A DNA stretch of 64,000 nucleotides from Octopus vulgaris. Taxonomy: Eukaryota. Position numbers and translations under genes: made by a program. Each line of letters opens with the position of its first letter. The stretch's first letter is position 1. Location of the stretch: contig OX597824.1 of NCBI GenBank assembly GCA_951406725.2, positions 85,746,001 through 85,810,000 of the forward strand, given 5' to 3'. The notes beneath the pieces are model-generated. The model saw only the letters and a list, made by a program, of their open reading frames with translations, did no database searches and was not told the origin of the DNA. This document shows, piece by piece, positions 27,169-38,501 of this stretch.

Positions 27169-30162
27169 TATACGACGGGTTTCTTTCAGTTTCCGTCTAC
27201 CAAATCCACTCACAAAGCTTTGGTCGGCCCGAGGCTATAGTAGAAGACACTTGCCCAAGGTGCCACGCAGTTGGACTGAACCCGGAACCATGTGGTTGGT
27301 AAGCAAGCTACTTACCACACAGCCACTCCTGCACCTACATTTAATATAATATATTACACATTACACTACAATAAATGAATACAACACAACATCATATTAC
27401 TCAACACTACCACAGTTTAGGCTCACATTACAATGCCACACTCTCATTGTCCAACTTTTTTTCCTTTCAGTGACCCTTCTCAGAAGTCCCTAACGGCTGA
27501 CCAAATTATAGAACAACTGAAGTTTCAACTTGGTCACTTAGAAATGCAAATTGTTTCAAACAATGTAAGTACTTTAAAACCTGGTCAAACTATATTTTTC
27601 ATTACAACAATCATTACACTGCACTTCCCTCTATGGTTATCTAATACTACTAGCAGTATTGCCCAGCGTTGCTCGGGTTTGTTTCGACCCCTTTAGAATT
27701 GGAATTTTTGAAAAGTAAAAATTTTGCATTATGTAGCTTGTTATTCTCTTTAAGTGAACATTTTTCTGATTGAAATACACTGAAAAATAGCGACACAGCA
27801 GTAAAAAAATCGTAAAAAATAGGGATTTTCATAGAAAAAAAGCACCTTTTTGATGTAAATAATTTTTGGTGTTAACATGGTCCGATTTGAATTTTTTCTT
27901 CTATGGAAGGAAGAGAAAGCCTTCTTCAATCATACTCTCAATTCTGGTCAACTTGCACCGCAGGGTCTTGGAGGAGATAGTGTTAGTTGAAGGCTACCAA
28001 ACCTACCATACACAGACAACTTCAGCTTTATAGAGAGAGAGAGATTGGGAAAAGCTGATGAAAAAGCCTTAATATGGTTAGTTGAGCTGGTTGCTAGAAA
28101 TAGCAGTCAAATACCTCTTAAATTGCACTACACTTAAAAGCAATGGTTCTCAACTGGGGTCCAAATGACCAATGGGAGTCCATAAAATAGTAAATTGGGG
28201 ATCCACAGTAGTATTTTAAGGGTCTGTGGAAAAATTTTGATTTAGATGTACCGTATTTTAATGTATATAAGGAACCCTTTTTTGTTAAAGATTTACACAT
28301 GGATGGTATTATAATCCCTTACAAAACCATTTTTCCAAATTTTAAGTCCCCAAAAGTAGGGGGTTCCTTATACATGAGGCATAGGTGCAAGAGGCTGTGT
28401 GGTAAGTAGCTTGCTAACCAACGACATGGTTCCAGGTTCAGTCCCACTGCATGGTACCTTGGGCAAGTGTCTTCTACTTGGACCGATCAAAGCCTTGTAA
28501 GTGGATTTGGTAGACGGAAACTGAAGAAGCTCGTCATATATATATGTGGGATGGGGGGGTTGTCCCAACATCGATTGACATCGATGCTGGTGTGTTTACA
28601 TCCCTGTAACTTAGCGGTTCGGCAAAAGAGACCGATAGAATAAGTACTAGGCTTACAAAGAATAAGTCCTGGGGTTGATTTGCTCAACTAAAGGCAGTGC
28701 TCTAGCATGGCCACACTCAATAACTGAAACAAGTAAAAGAGTAAAAGAGAATATCCATCCACTCACCCATCCATCACTCCTTCATTCCTCCCCAGCCACC
28801 CTTTCATATATGATCATATATTCACCCCACTCACTACTACTCCTGTTACCTGAGGTACCCCCTGGATACCTCGTCACCACTGTCCATCTCCTTGCAGATA
28901 TTTCTAATTCATTTTCACTCTCTCTCGTAAAGGTAAATAGTCTTGTAGCTGCTACACACCAAACTCTTCCTTTATACTTTAATCCCCATCAAACATATAG
29001 AAACAACATCCTGCTGCCCTGGAATTGTTGACTTGCAAGCTACATGGTGACCCCAATAATGCCAGTGGCACAAAGAAAGCACCCAATACACATAGTAAAG
29101 TGGTTGGTGCTAATAAGGGCATCCAGCCGTAGAGACCATACCAAAGCAGATACTGGTGTACAATGCAGTCCTTAACACATTAGAACCATGCCAAATTGTC
29201 TAACTCATGCCACCACCACCGCCACCACACCACCACCGTTGCCACTGCCACCACCACCACCACCACCACCATCGCCGCTGCCGCCACCACCACCACCACC
29301 AAATCTACCACCATCACCACCACCACCACCACCATCACCACCACCACCACCACCATCACAGCCACCACCACCACCACCACACCCACCACCACCACCACAC
29401 TACCACCACCACCACCACCACCACCACCATCACAGCCACCACCACCAAAACTACTACCACCACCACCACACCCACAACCACCACACCCACCACTACCACC
29501 ATCACCACCACCACCACCACACCCACCACCACCACCACAGCCACCACCACCAAAACTACCACCACCACCACCACCACCACCACCACCACCACAGCCACCA
29601 CCACCACAGCCACCACCGCCATCGCCACTGTCACCGCCACCATCGTGTGTGTGTGTGTGTGTACACATATATATTTGAGGTGGGATGTGTGTATGTATGT
29701 GTATGTGTGGAGAGATAGAAACAGAATTTTAAAAAAACAAAAAACAGATAGATTTATTGCCACATGCATAAATGATATTTCTGACATTTAAAAAAAGCAC
29801 ATATGGATTAATTCCCATTATGTATGAATATCAAACTCAATACTTGATAATATTTACACATCATGTAATACACTTCTATACTTTACATAACATATCATTA
29901 ACATGCTATTTTGCAGGATACATCCTCAACAATTAACCACATCTGGCAGCTGGTTGGAGCAGCAGACTCATTTGGCATGAAGGATCTCAATCGCGTGCTG
30001 AGCCTGTTCACCAAACTCAGCCGAGAAGCAATTCAACTGCTGCACACCCATGATTCCGAAGGGAAAAATAGTCCCCATGGTCAACTGGTGATGTTCGTGA
30101 AGGCTCTGCTAATGTCTCTACATGAAGCTGGAGTCATAAGAGATCGAAATATAGTTGGATAA
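22343..30162 (+). CDS. Uncharacterised secreted helical protein, 167 aa: join(22343-22397,23644-23665,26409-26495,27471-27564,29917-30162)
   Basis: Five exons with GT-AG sites and consistent intron phases (1,2,2,0) give an open frame: MKTLFFITAVLFCWQNTAGCGNDERREKPDQYLIHSSKPQHEIIQETDVSDKVNSDPSQKSLTADQIIEQLKFQLGHLEMQIVSNNDTSSTINHIWQLVGAADSFGMKDLNRVLSLFTKLSREAIQLLHTHDSEGKNSPHGQLVMFVKALLMSLHEAGVIRDRNIVG*. The N-terminus is MK plus a hydrophobic signal peptide. No transcript or homology check was possible. Confidence 0.75.
22496..22890 (-). mobile_element. CR1-like LINE 3' fragment (shorter copy at about 41128-41280)
   Basis: Minus strand reads CGHVYKVRK...KHFFTLSIAEVWNKLPVSVV, matching the CR1-type ORF2 C-terminus. 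Confidence 0.7.
23644..23665 (+). CDS. Orphan gene, 22-nt micro-exon
   Basis: TTTCTTTGTTTCAG acceptor; AAG|GTAATA donor; converts phase 1 to phase 2 as the model requires. Confidence 0.65.
25786..25823 (+). ncRNA. Decayed minimal hammerhead motif (Penelope-type terminal repeat)
   Basis: CTTT-CTGAAGA-A-GGGCATAGGTTT-GAAAC-ATC-AAAG; same family as the copy at 35931-35968, with CpG-type decay. Confidence 0.5.
26409..26495 (+). CDS. Orphan gene, symmetric 87-nt exon
   Basis: TTTTCCTTGGCAG acceptor; CAG|GTAATA donor; phase 2-2; open frame. Confidence 0.55.
27471..27564 (+). CDS. Orphan gene exon (helix 1)
   Basis: TTTTTTTCCTTTCAG acceptor; AAT|GTAAGT donor; amphipathic ADQIIEQLKFQLGHLEMQI. Confidence 0.75.
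27650..28044 (-). mobile_element. Non-autonomous Helitron, family H1
   Basis: Minus strand: 5' TC start, subterminal hairpin CCCGAGCAACGCTGGG, CTAG 3' end, no TSD. Confidence 0.72.
29209..29645. repeat. Long imperfect (CCA)n microsatellite in the last intron of the orphan gene
   Basis: About 440 bp; explains the poly-P/H/T/G/V ORFs. Confidence 0.95.
29917..30162 (+). CDS. Orphan gene, last coding exon
   Basis: TTTTGCAG acceptor; GC-richer, non-repetitive 81-codon frame to TAA (ORF 29911-30162). Confidence 0.78.
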   Translation, partial: DTSSTINHIWQLVGAADSFGMKDLNRVLSLFTKLSREAIQLLHTHDSEGKNSPHGQLVMFVKALLMSLHEAGVIRDRNIVG

Positions 30163-30370
30163 TGTATTCTGGGTTTGAGCGATAGGAGGCATGAAGGGAA
30201 GCAGTTGGTCCCACAGCTGTGGCTTTGATTGATATCATGGAATTGCTTCACTTTTGTCATTATCAATAGCCCTAACAAATGCTTGAAATTAGCAACTTTC
30301 TGTTTTTCTTAACAAAAATATATATATATATACATATATATATGTAAATGGATGAATGAATTATCCTTTG

Positions 30371-30465
30371 TTTATCTTTCCTGATGAGAAGGTTGCATTA
30401 TTTTACACAATTTAATCCTTTGGAATAAAACCAATGTTATCTTCGAAACATATGTTGAAAGTAAA
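30371..30465 (+). ncRNA. Type I hammerhead ribozyme motif in presumed 3' UTR
   Basis: Stem I TTTATCTTTC/GAAAG-TAAA; CTGATGA (30381-87); stem II GAAGGTTGCATT/AATGTTATCTTC; GAAA; palindromic stem III ACATATGT; triplet GTT ending at 30456. Confidence 0.72.
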
Positions 30466-30506
30466 AGAATTTGAATAACATCTGCGTTCAACTCCATTTA
30501 TTTACT

Positions 30507-30571
<65 letters not shown>

Positions 30572-31865
30572 TTATATATATATATATATATTGTATAAAA
30601 TCTGTTCTGTCTGTCTGTTTGTGTGTCTTGTAGGATCTTGAGCATCCTCCATCTGATTGCACTTAAATTTGATATGTAGATACCAATGGTATCAGGGTGT
30701 GTATAAGTCTTGAAAAAATTACAAAAATCGATTCCAGGTCAGAATGCGATCGATAAAGCCATGGGAACGTGCATTTGTACGCGCAAGTACATCAACTGTT
30801 ATATAAAATCCGTTCTGTCGGTTATTATTTTGCCTTAGCTTCGTTTCTTTCCTGCCAAGTTTACTGTTTAAACAATATTTGTGTTCTCCCAGTCAACAGC
30901 CTTATCATTACTGGTACTTTAAACTCTTCGGTTGCATATTTGTGTGAATAAAATGTTTTTCTTTGGAATAGAAAAAAAAGTCTATCTTTATTTCTTTTTG
31001 CTGGTGTCTCAAATTTAGGTTAAATCAGTGTTTCTCAAAGGGGAGGCCTATGGGACGGTCGGACAAGTTGTTTTGAGAAAATTTGGTTTAAATGTTTGAC
31101 AACTCAGCACCATCCATTGGACGGGGGGGGGGGCATTTTGCTCATATAGATTCAGATGAATATGGTACTTAAGTTAAGGTACCAGAATTTAGTACGGTAT
31201 TATCCATACAATTTCAAAATAAGGTGATTAAAATCAAAATAAGCAACAAGGATATCCAGATGTAATGCAGTACAATCGTTTCATGCAACTCCTTTTAATT
31301 GAACAATGCAATCATTTCATTACATCAATTTAAAATGTAGAGCAATCTTTAGCTGCACAAAGACATAGCATTTAATTAAATTAGAAGGGCACATTAGTAT
31401 AATTTTACTTAAGATCTGCAAGAAGTTAAGGAGATAGATAAAGAACATGTTTTACCAATAACGTCACAGTTGTTACAACTATGATGTTGTTGGTAAAGCG
31501 GCAGCGTCGTCGTCATCATTTTAACCACTTTTTCCAAGCTTGCATGAATTGGACAAAGTTTGCTGAGGTGAATTTTCAATGGACAGATGCCCCCCATGTT
31601 GCCAACACTCACCATATGTAGTTCTCCCTCTATTTCCCCCGAAAGTAGTCTTCTAACCCTTGCATCTAGCATCACATCTTTTCAATTTTTGTCTTTAATA
31701 GCACCCTGCTTTGTGACAATTCTTCATGTACTGTTCGTTTCCCCTCTTAAGTGGGTTGTGAACCAAGGCTCAGAGAATCCACACAACCAACTCTCATATA
31801 TACACAATCGGATGGCCATTGATTCTCATGAGTTCATCCAACCTTTGACAGGTCTTGTTCCTCAT

Positions 31866-32468
31866 GAAGGCGGCGAGTTGGCAGAAACATTAGCACGCCA
31901 GGCGAAATGCTTAGTGGTATTTCGTCTGCCGTTAGGTTCTGAGTTCAAATTCCGCCGAGGTCGACTTTGCCTTTCATCCTTCCGGCGTAGATTAATTAAG
32001 TACCAGTTACACACTGGGGTCATTGTAATAGGCTTAATCCGTTTGTCTGTCCTTGTTTGTCCCCTCTGTGTTTAGCCCCTTGTGGGTAGTAAAAGAAATA
32101 GGTATTTTGTCTGCCATCACGTTCTGAGTTAAAATTCCGCCGAGGTCGACTTTGCCTTTCATCCTTCCGGGGTCGATTAATTAAGTACCAGTTACGCACT
32201 GGGGTCATTGTAATAGACTTAATCCCTTTGTCTGTCCTTGTTTGTCCCCTCTGTGTTTAGCCCCTTGTGGGTAGTAAAAGAAATAGGTATTTTGTCTGCC
32301 GTCATGTTCTGAGTTCAAATTCCGCCGAGGTCGACTTTGCCTTTCATCCTTCCGGGGTCGATTAATTAAGTACCAGTTACGCACTGGGATCATTGTAATC
32401 GACTTAATCCGTTTGTCTGTCCTTGTTTGTCCCCTCTATGTTTAGCCCCTTGTGGGCAATAAAGAAAT
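31866..32468 (+). mobile_element. SINE S1 trimer with 16-bp TSD (other S1 copies at about 13611-14010, 15312-15535, 24813-25418, 33105-33542, 36711-36945, 37061-37255, 45881-46250, 49708-49915)
   Basis: Three ~185-bp units; TSD AGGTCTTGTTCCTCAT at 31850-65 and 32469-84. Confidence 0.85.
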
Positions 32469-32769
32469 AGGTCTTGTTCCTCATCCCCAGGGTGCCCAAA
32501 CATCGCCCTCCTCATCATAACGAGCTTGATGAGGGTTACTGGTATAGTTGCCAACAACCTCATTATCATCGTTATCATTATCATTTTGAAACCACTTACA
32601 GCATTCTCTCTCTCTCTCCAATGCTAGAAGAATGCCAGCCTCCTCCTCCCCCACCTCAACTCCAACCACCTCAGAACAATGCAATAAGACAAGTAAAAAT
32701 ACAACAACACTGGCCAGTCACTTTGCCAGTCTCCACCATCGTTGCTTGGTCCATTGTTTTCAAATGCAT

Positions 32770-32938
32770 TACTACTACTACTACTACTACTACCACCACT
32801 ACCACCACCACTACCACCAACATCACCACCAACATCCCCACCACCACCAACTACTACTACTACTACTACTGCTGCTGCTGCAACTACTACCACCATCACC
32901 ACCACCACTACCACCACCATCACTACAAACATCACCAC

Positions 32939-32969
<31 letters not shown>

Positions 32970-33098
32970 CACTACCACCACCCCCACCACCACCAACTAC
33001 TACTACTACTACTCTGCTGCTGCTGCTACTACTACTACTACCACCACCACCACCTACTATTACTACTATCACCTCCACTACTACTACTATTACTACTA
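32770..33098. repeat. Mixed (TAC/CAC/TGC)n trinucleotide tract
   Basis: Seen directly. Confidence 0.9.
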
Positions 33099-34215
33099 TG
33101 CCCGGCATGCATACATTTCTACCAGCTCGCCACTTTAATATTTTTTTCTACTTTAGGCACAAGGCCTGAAATTTTTGGGGAGGGGGGCCAGTCGATTAGA
33201 TTGACCCCAGTACACAACTGGTACTTAATTTATCGACCCTGAAAGGATGAAAGGCAAAGTTGATCTCGGCAGAATTTGAACTCAGAACGTAAAAACAGAC
33301 GAAATGCCTATTTCTTTATTACCCACAAGGGGCTAAACATAGAGGGGACAAACAAGGACAGTCATAGGTATTAAGTCGATTACATCGACCCCAGTGCGTA
33401 ACTGGTACTTAATTTATCGACCGCGAAAGGATGAAAGGCAAAGTCGACCTCGGCAGAATTTGAACTCACAACGTAACGGCAGATGAAATACCGTTAAGCA
33501 TTTCACCCAACGTGCTAACATTTCTGCCAGCTCGCTGCCTTACAATTAATACATATCAAGACAAAACTGAGTCAAGTACCACAAAGCCTGGGTACTTAAA
33601 ATGAATGGATGATATATGCTTCAGGAAAAAGTGGCATGAATTGATGACATTATAATCATCGTAGGAATGACTAAGATAATGTTTTGATGAAGTGTTTAAC
33701 TCTTTTGATATCAACCGGTCTGTGACCAATCTGAGTTCTATGATATAAATTCCTTGGTTTAAGGTGATCTAAATTAAAATCTTCCATCAAAATTCCATGT
33801 ATATTTTATCCTTTACTTGTTTCAGTCATTTTTTTTTCTTTTTTTTTTTAAATAGTTATTGACCCATTTATTTATTATTTTTTTAACCTCCAACCAACTT
33901 GCCCAAATCAGCCAAGCTGCCAAAGGGCTTAACCCAATTTTTTATGTAATTTCTGAAAAAAACAAAAAATCTCCTAATCTTTACTTATTGTAATAGGAGT
34001 GGCTGTGTGGTAAGTAGTTTGCTTACCAACCACATGGTTTCGGGTTCAGACCCACTGCATGGCACCTTGGGCATGTGTCTTCTACTATAGTCTCAAGCTG
34101 ACCAAAGCCTTGTGAGTGGATTTGGAAGACGGAAACTGAACGAAGCCCATCGTATATATGTATGTATATATATATATCATCATCATCATCATCGTTTAGC
34201 GTCCGTTTTCCATGC

Positions 34216-34266
<51 letters not shown>

Positions 34267-34709
34267 ATGTGTGTGTATATGTTTGTGTGTCTGTGTTTGT
34301 CCCCCCCCCCCCAACATCGCTTAACACCCGATGCTGGCGTGTTTACGTGCCTGTAACTTACCGGTTTGGCAAATGAGACCGATAGAATAAGTACTAAAAT
34401 AAGTCCTGGGGTCGATTTGCTCGATCGACTAAAGGCGGTGCTCCAGCATGACCATGTAAATTGGACTAATAGATTTATGTTATTTTTATTTTAGGCTACG
34501 GTCATGCTGGGGCACCACCTCGAAGATCTTTTAGTTGAATGAATTGACCTTCCCCCCAGTCCCTTTTCTTCTTTTAAAGTCTGGTACTTATTCTATCAGG
34601 CCCTTTTGTTGACCTTCCTTGGCCAGGACAGGCCTCAGTAAATCAAGTTTCCTTTTGTCTATCTCTACATAGCAGTAAAATATCACTCTCTCTCTTTCTC
34701 TCTCTTCTG

Positions 34710-35215
34710 TCTCTTTCTCGCGCTGGGTCCATACTGAGAAACAGATAAATGCCTCAACATATAATTCTGTTAGACTTTGCCAAACTTTGAGAAGAGTCAT
34801 TCTTCCAAGACTCATTGACAGATTTCAAAATGCTTTTATACAACTGACCCAGTGTTTCTCTGGTTATCTTATTATATCCTAGTTTCACATCATCATCATC
34901 CTTGCACATGGTCAGTCCACTGCTGGACAAATGCTTCAGTATGTTCTCTCCCACAACCGAAGTCTGATGTTTTCTTCATCAATGTTTGGATGCCAAAGAA
35001 TTTAACAAAGTCTCATCTCAGCTTCTTCATGGTCCTCCCTTATTTCCTTTTCTGGACATGATGTCCACTCTGCCAATTTGCTATTGTCCTTTCTTCTAAA
35101 AACATGTCCTGCTAAAAAACATTTCAGAGTTTTTATTTTCCAGATATTTTCCATCAAACTTGTTGCTACTCTTAATCTGTAATTTCCCCACTTATCCATT
35201 TTCTTTAATTTTCGG
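34710..35215 (-). mobile_element. Decayed LINE (RTE-like) ORF2 C-terminal fragment
   Basis: ORF 35002-35199 contains KIKTLKCFLAGHVFRRKDNSKLAEW, resembling the W-GH--R motif of LINE RT C-termini. Confidence 0.55.
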
Positions 35216-35292
35216 CATTCTCCTTTCCATTACTCTTTCTGTTGATCTTAATTCATTTTCATATATAAACATGTGTGTGTGTATGTGTATAC

Positions 35293-35355
<63 letters not shown>

Positions 35356-35357
<2 letters not shown>

Positions 35358-35672
35358 CTTTATAATTAGGGTTCAGCAAAGATTTGCTTTACCACATACC
35401 GAAGTTTAGAAATAGCAGCCCAAAAACCTTAGCTACTTCTACTTTAAAAGGGACACCCAGAAAAACTAAAATACTTGAAAACAATCCACGCAGGCAGAGA
35501 GGATTGATTTTCGTTATTTTTCCTCTCTGCCTGCGTGGATTGTTTTCAAGTATTTTAAATTTTTCTGGGTGTCCTTTTTAAAGTAGAAGAAATAGCTAAG
35601 GTTTTTTGGCTGCTATTTCTAAACTTCGGTATGTGGTAAAGCAAATCTTTGCTGAACCCTAATTATAAAGTA
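35356..35672. repeat. Fold-back palindrome, ~148-bp arms
   Basis: Arms 35356-35503 and 35521-35672 are near-perfect reverse complements. Confidence 0.95.
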
Positions 35673-35763
35673 TTACTTAAGTTTACCGTGAAATGGTCCT
35701 TTTTCATACCGAATTCTACTTGGTGAAATTATTGATTACTTCTTAATTAATTTTACCCTTTGT

Positions 35764-35849
<86 letters not shown>

Positions 35850-35930
35850 AGAGTTCAAGAAAAAAAAAAGACAAAGATAAGTGTACAAAACAAACAGATG
35901 TAATAGTATAACACCCAGGAATTGAAAAAG

Positions 35931-35968
35931 TCTTTTACGTTTCGAGCCTACGCTCTTCTACAGAAAGG
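35931..35968 (-). ncRNA. Minimal hammerhead motif with core substitution
   Basis: Minus strand reads CTTT-CTGTAGA-A-GAGCGTAGGCTC-GAAACGTA-AAAG; core A6 is replaced by T; lies beside a long (TA)n tract. Confidence 0.55.
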
Positions 35969-37752
35969 GACACAGAAAAAACAAGGAGAGAAAAAATGTG
36001 TGTAGTGGCTACCGATCTATCATGTATATATATATATATACATCTGTGTATATATGAATGCATCCATGTATGCGTGTGTGTGTGTGTCACTTCATTCTTC
36101 CTCGTACCCTTTCTTTCGTCCCTTTCGCTCAATCGCTCCTCTCCTTCTCTGCTTCAAATTCAATTATATCTCATTCTCGTAAACTTTTGATGCGCTGCCA
36201 TTGTCAGCAATCACTATTAGGCATTTGAGTGTTGTGGAATAGAAACGAACCTCTGACAAGTTGAGATCGGGGTTTTAGTACCCACAAGCTCATAATATGT
36301 GTTGTTAAAATTGAAGCGCTTCAGTTGAAAGCGGAATTGTTACAGAAGGGATAGCAGTTAGCTTTAAAATGAGATGGAGTTGTTTCCCTTTAAAATATCT
36401 TTCGATGTTGTCGTTGTCAACATTGTACCTTATAGAGTAGACAGGTGTTGAAAGGTGGTCCAGTCATGGGACTATGTAGTCTGGTTCTTTTAAGACAGTA
36501 AGGTATGCTATGGAAGGGAGTCGGTCGCTATTCCTCACAATCCTTATTGGCTGAAATCTGTTCTTGTATGAAGTAGAGAGAGGGGAGGGGAAAACTGAAG
36601 GTGCCGGAGAGGATGATAAACTGAAGGGGGGGAGAGAGGGAGAGAGAGAGAGAGAGAGAGAAGGACCGGAGAAACGGTAAGAGGAAGACAGAAATAAAAG
36701 AGAGGAATTAAGGCGGCGAGCTGGCAGAAACGTTAGCACGCCGGGCGAAATGCTTAGCGACATTTCCTCTGGTGTTACGTTCTGAGTTCAAATTCCGCCA
36801 AGGTCGACTTTGCTTTTCATCCTTTCGGGATCGATAAATTAAGTACCAGTTACGCACTGGCTCGATGTAATCGACTTAATCCCTTTGTCTGTCTTTGTTC
36901 GTCCTATGTTTAGCCCCTTGTGGGCAATAAAGAAATAAGAAATAAAAGAGAGATACGGACGGATAGACTGATGAGGTTGGAATTTGAAGGGGAAGTATTG
37001 CCGAAGAGAGAAGAAATGTCTAAAGAAACAACGGAACAGTGTCAATAATTGTTATTTTAAAGCGGTGAGCTGGCAGAATCGTTAGCACGCTGGGCGAAGT
37101 GCTATTTCGTCTGTCTTTACGTTCGAGTTCAAATTCCGCCGAGGTCGCATCTGCCTTTTATCCTTTCGGGGTCGATAAATTAAGTACCAGTTGCGTACTG
37201 GGGTCGATCTAATCGACTGGCCCCCTTCCCCAAAAAATTTCGGGCCTTGTGCTAAGAGTATAAGAGAATAATTGTTATTTTCGCCGTAACTGAACTGTTT
37301 TATAATAAACTGGAGAAAAATCACCTGCTTCCGTCAGTTTTCTAGCAAATGTTGTATGTGTATATATATACTCTTTTACTTGTTTCAGTCATTTGACTGC
37401 GGCCATGCTGGAGCACCGCCTTTAGTCGATCAAATCGACTCCGGGACTTATTCTTTGTAAGCCCAGTACTTATTCTATCCGTCTCTTTTTTGCCGAACCG
37501 CTAAGTAACGGGGACGTAAACACACCAGCATCGGTTGTCAAGCAATGCTAGTGGCACAAACACAAACACACACACACATATATATATATACATATATACG
37601 ACGGGCTTCTTTCAGTTTCCGTCTACCAAATCCACTCACAAGGCATTGGTCGGCCCGGGGTTATAGCAGAAGACACTTGCCCAAGGTGCCACGCAGTGGA
37701 CTGAACCCGGAACCATATGGTTGGTAAACAAGCTACTTACCACACAGCCACT

Positions 37753-37813
<61 letters not shown>

Positions 37814-38008
37814 TTATATATAAATATATATATGTATGTATGTATGTATGTGTGTGTGTGTATATGTATGTATGTATGCATGTATGTATGTATGTGCTGG
37901 GTATGACTCTAAACCAGAAGTTCCCGGGCATTGAGGAGTGAGGGACCACCTTTCAACCACCACTGTTCCCGGGAGTAGTAGTGCTTGTAACGTCCCTCTT
38001 ATGAGTTA

Positions 38009-38501
38009 CCGTAAATCCTCGAGTATAGTCCGCAGGGGGTTTTTAAGGGGCTGTACCTCTGAAAAACCCAAACCTTGTGTATAATACGGATCCTTTCTCT
38101 AACTTGATTCAAGGAAGTTTATATAACGTCCCTGGTTTGTAAAAATGTATACAGTAACGTCCTTTATTATTATTGTTTATATAACATAATGCAAACGTGT
38201 AGCTTTTTTGTGCATTTTATTTGAAGAAAATAAAGAAATAACAGTAATAACGTTTAATAAATGTTGCTTACTGCAAGTTATGGATGATTCTTTTATGACT
38301 TCATTGCTTTCAGGCTTAGCTTAAGGTATTTTCGCACCCGACATCACAAAATGCGTCGGAATAAGCATTGCCGGACAACAAATAGAGACTGGACATTGCT
38401 TAAAAAATAATTTTCATTTTTAACCTCGTATATAGTACGCACTAGGGATTTTGACCTTTAAATTTTGAGGCGGAAATGCGGATTATAACAAAGATTTACG
38501 G
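38009..38501. mobile_element. Tc1/mariner-superfamily MITE
   Basis: TA|CCGTAAATCCTCGAGTATAGTCCGCA ... TGCGGATTATAACAAAGATTTACGG|TA. Confidence 0.7.

Noticed and set aside
29180-29791. Extensin-like or His-rich ORFs (also 32474-33242)
   Set aside because: Stop-free trinucleotide repeats with no splice or codon evidence.
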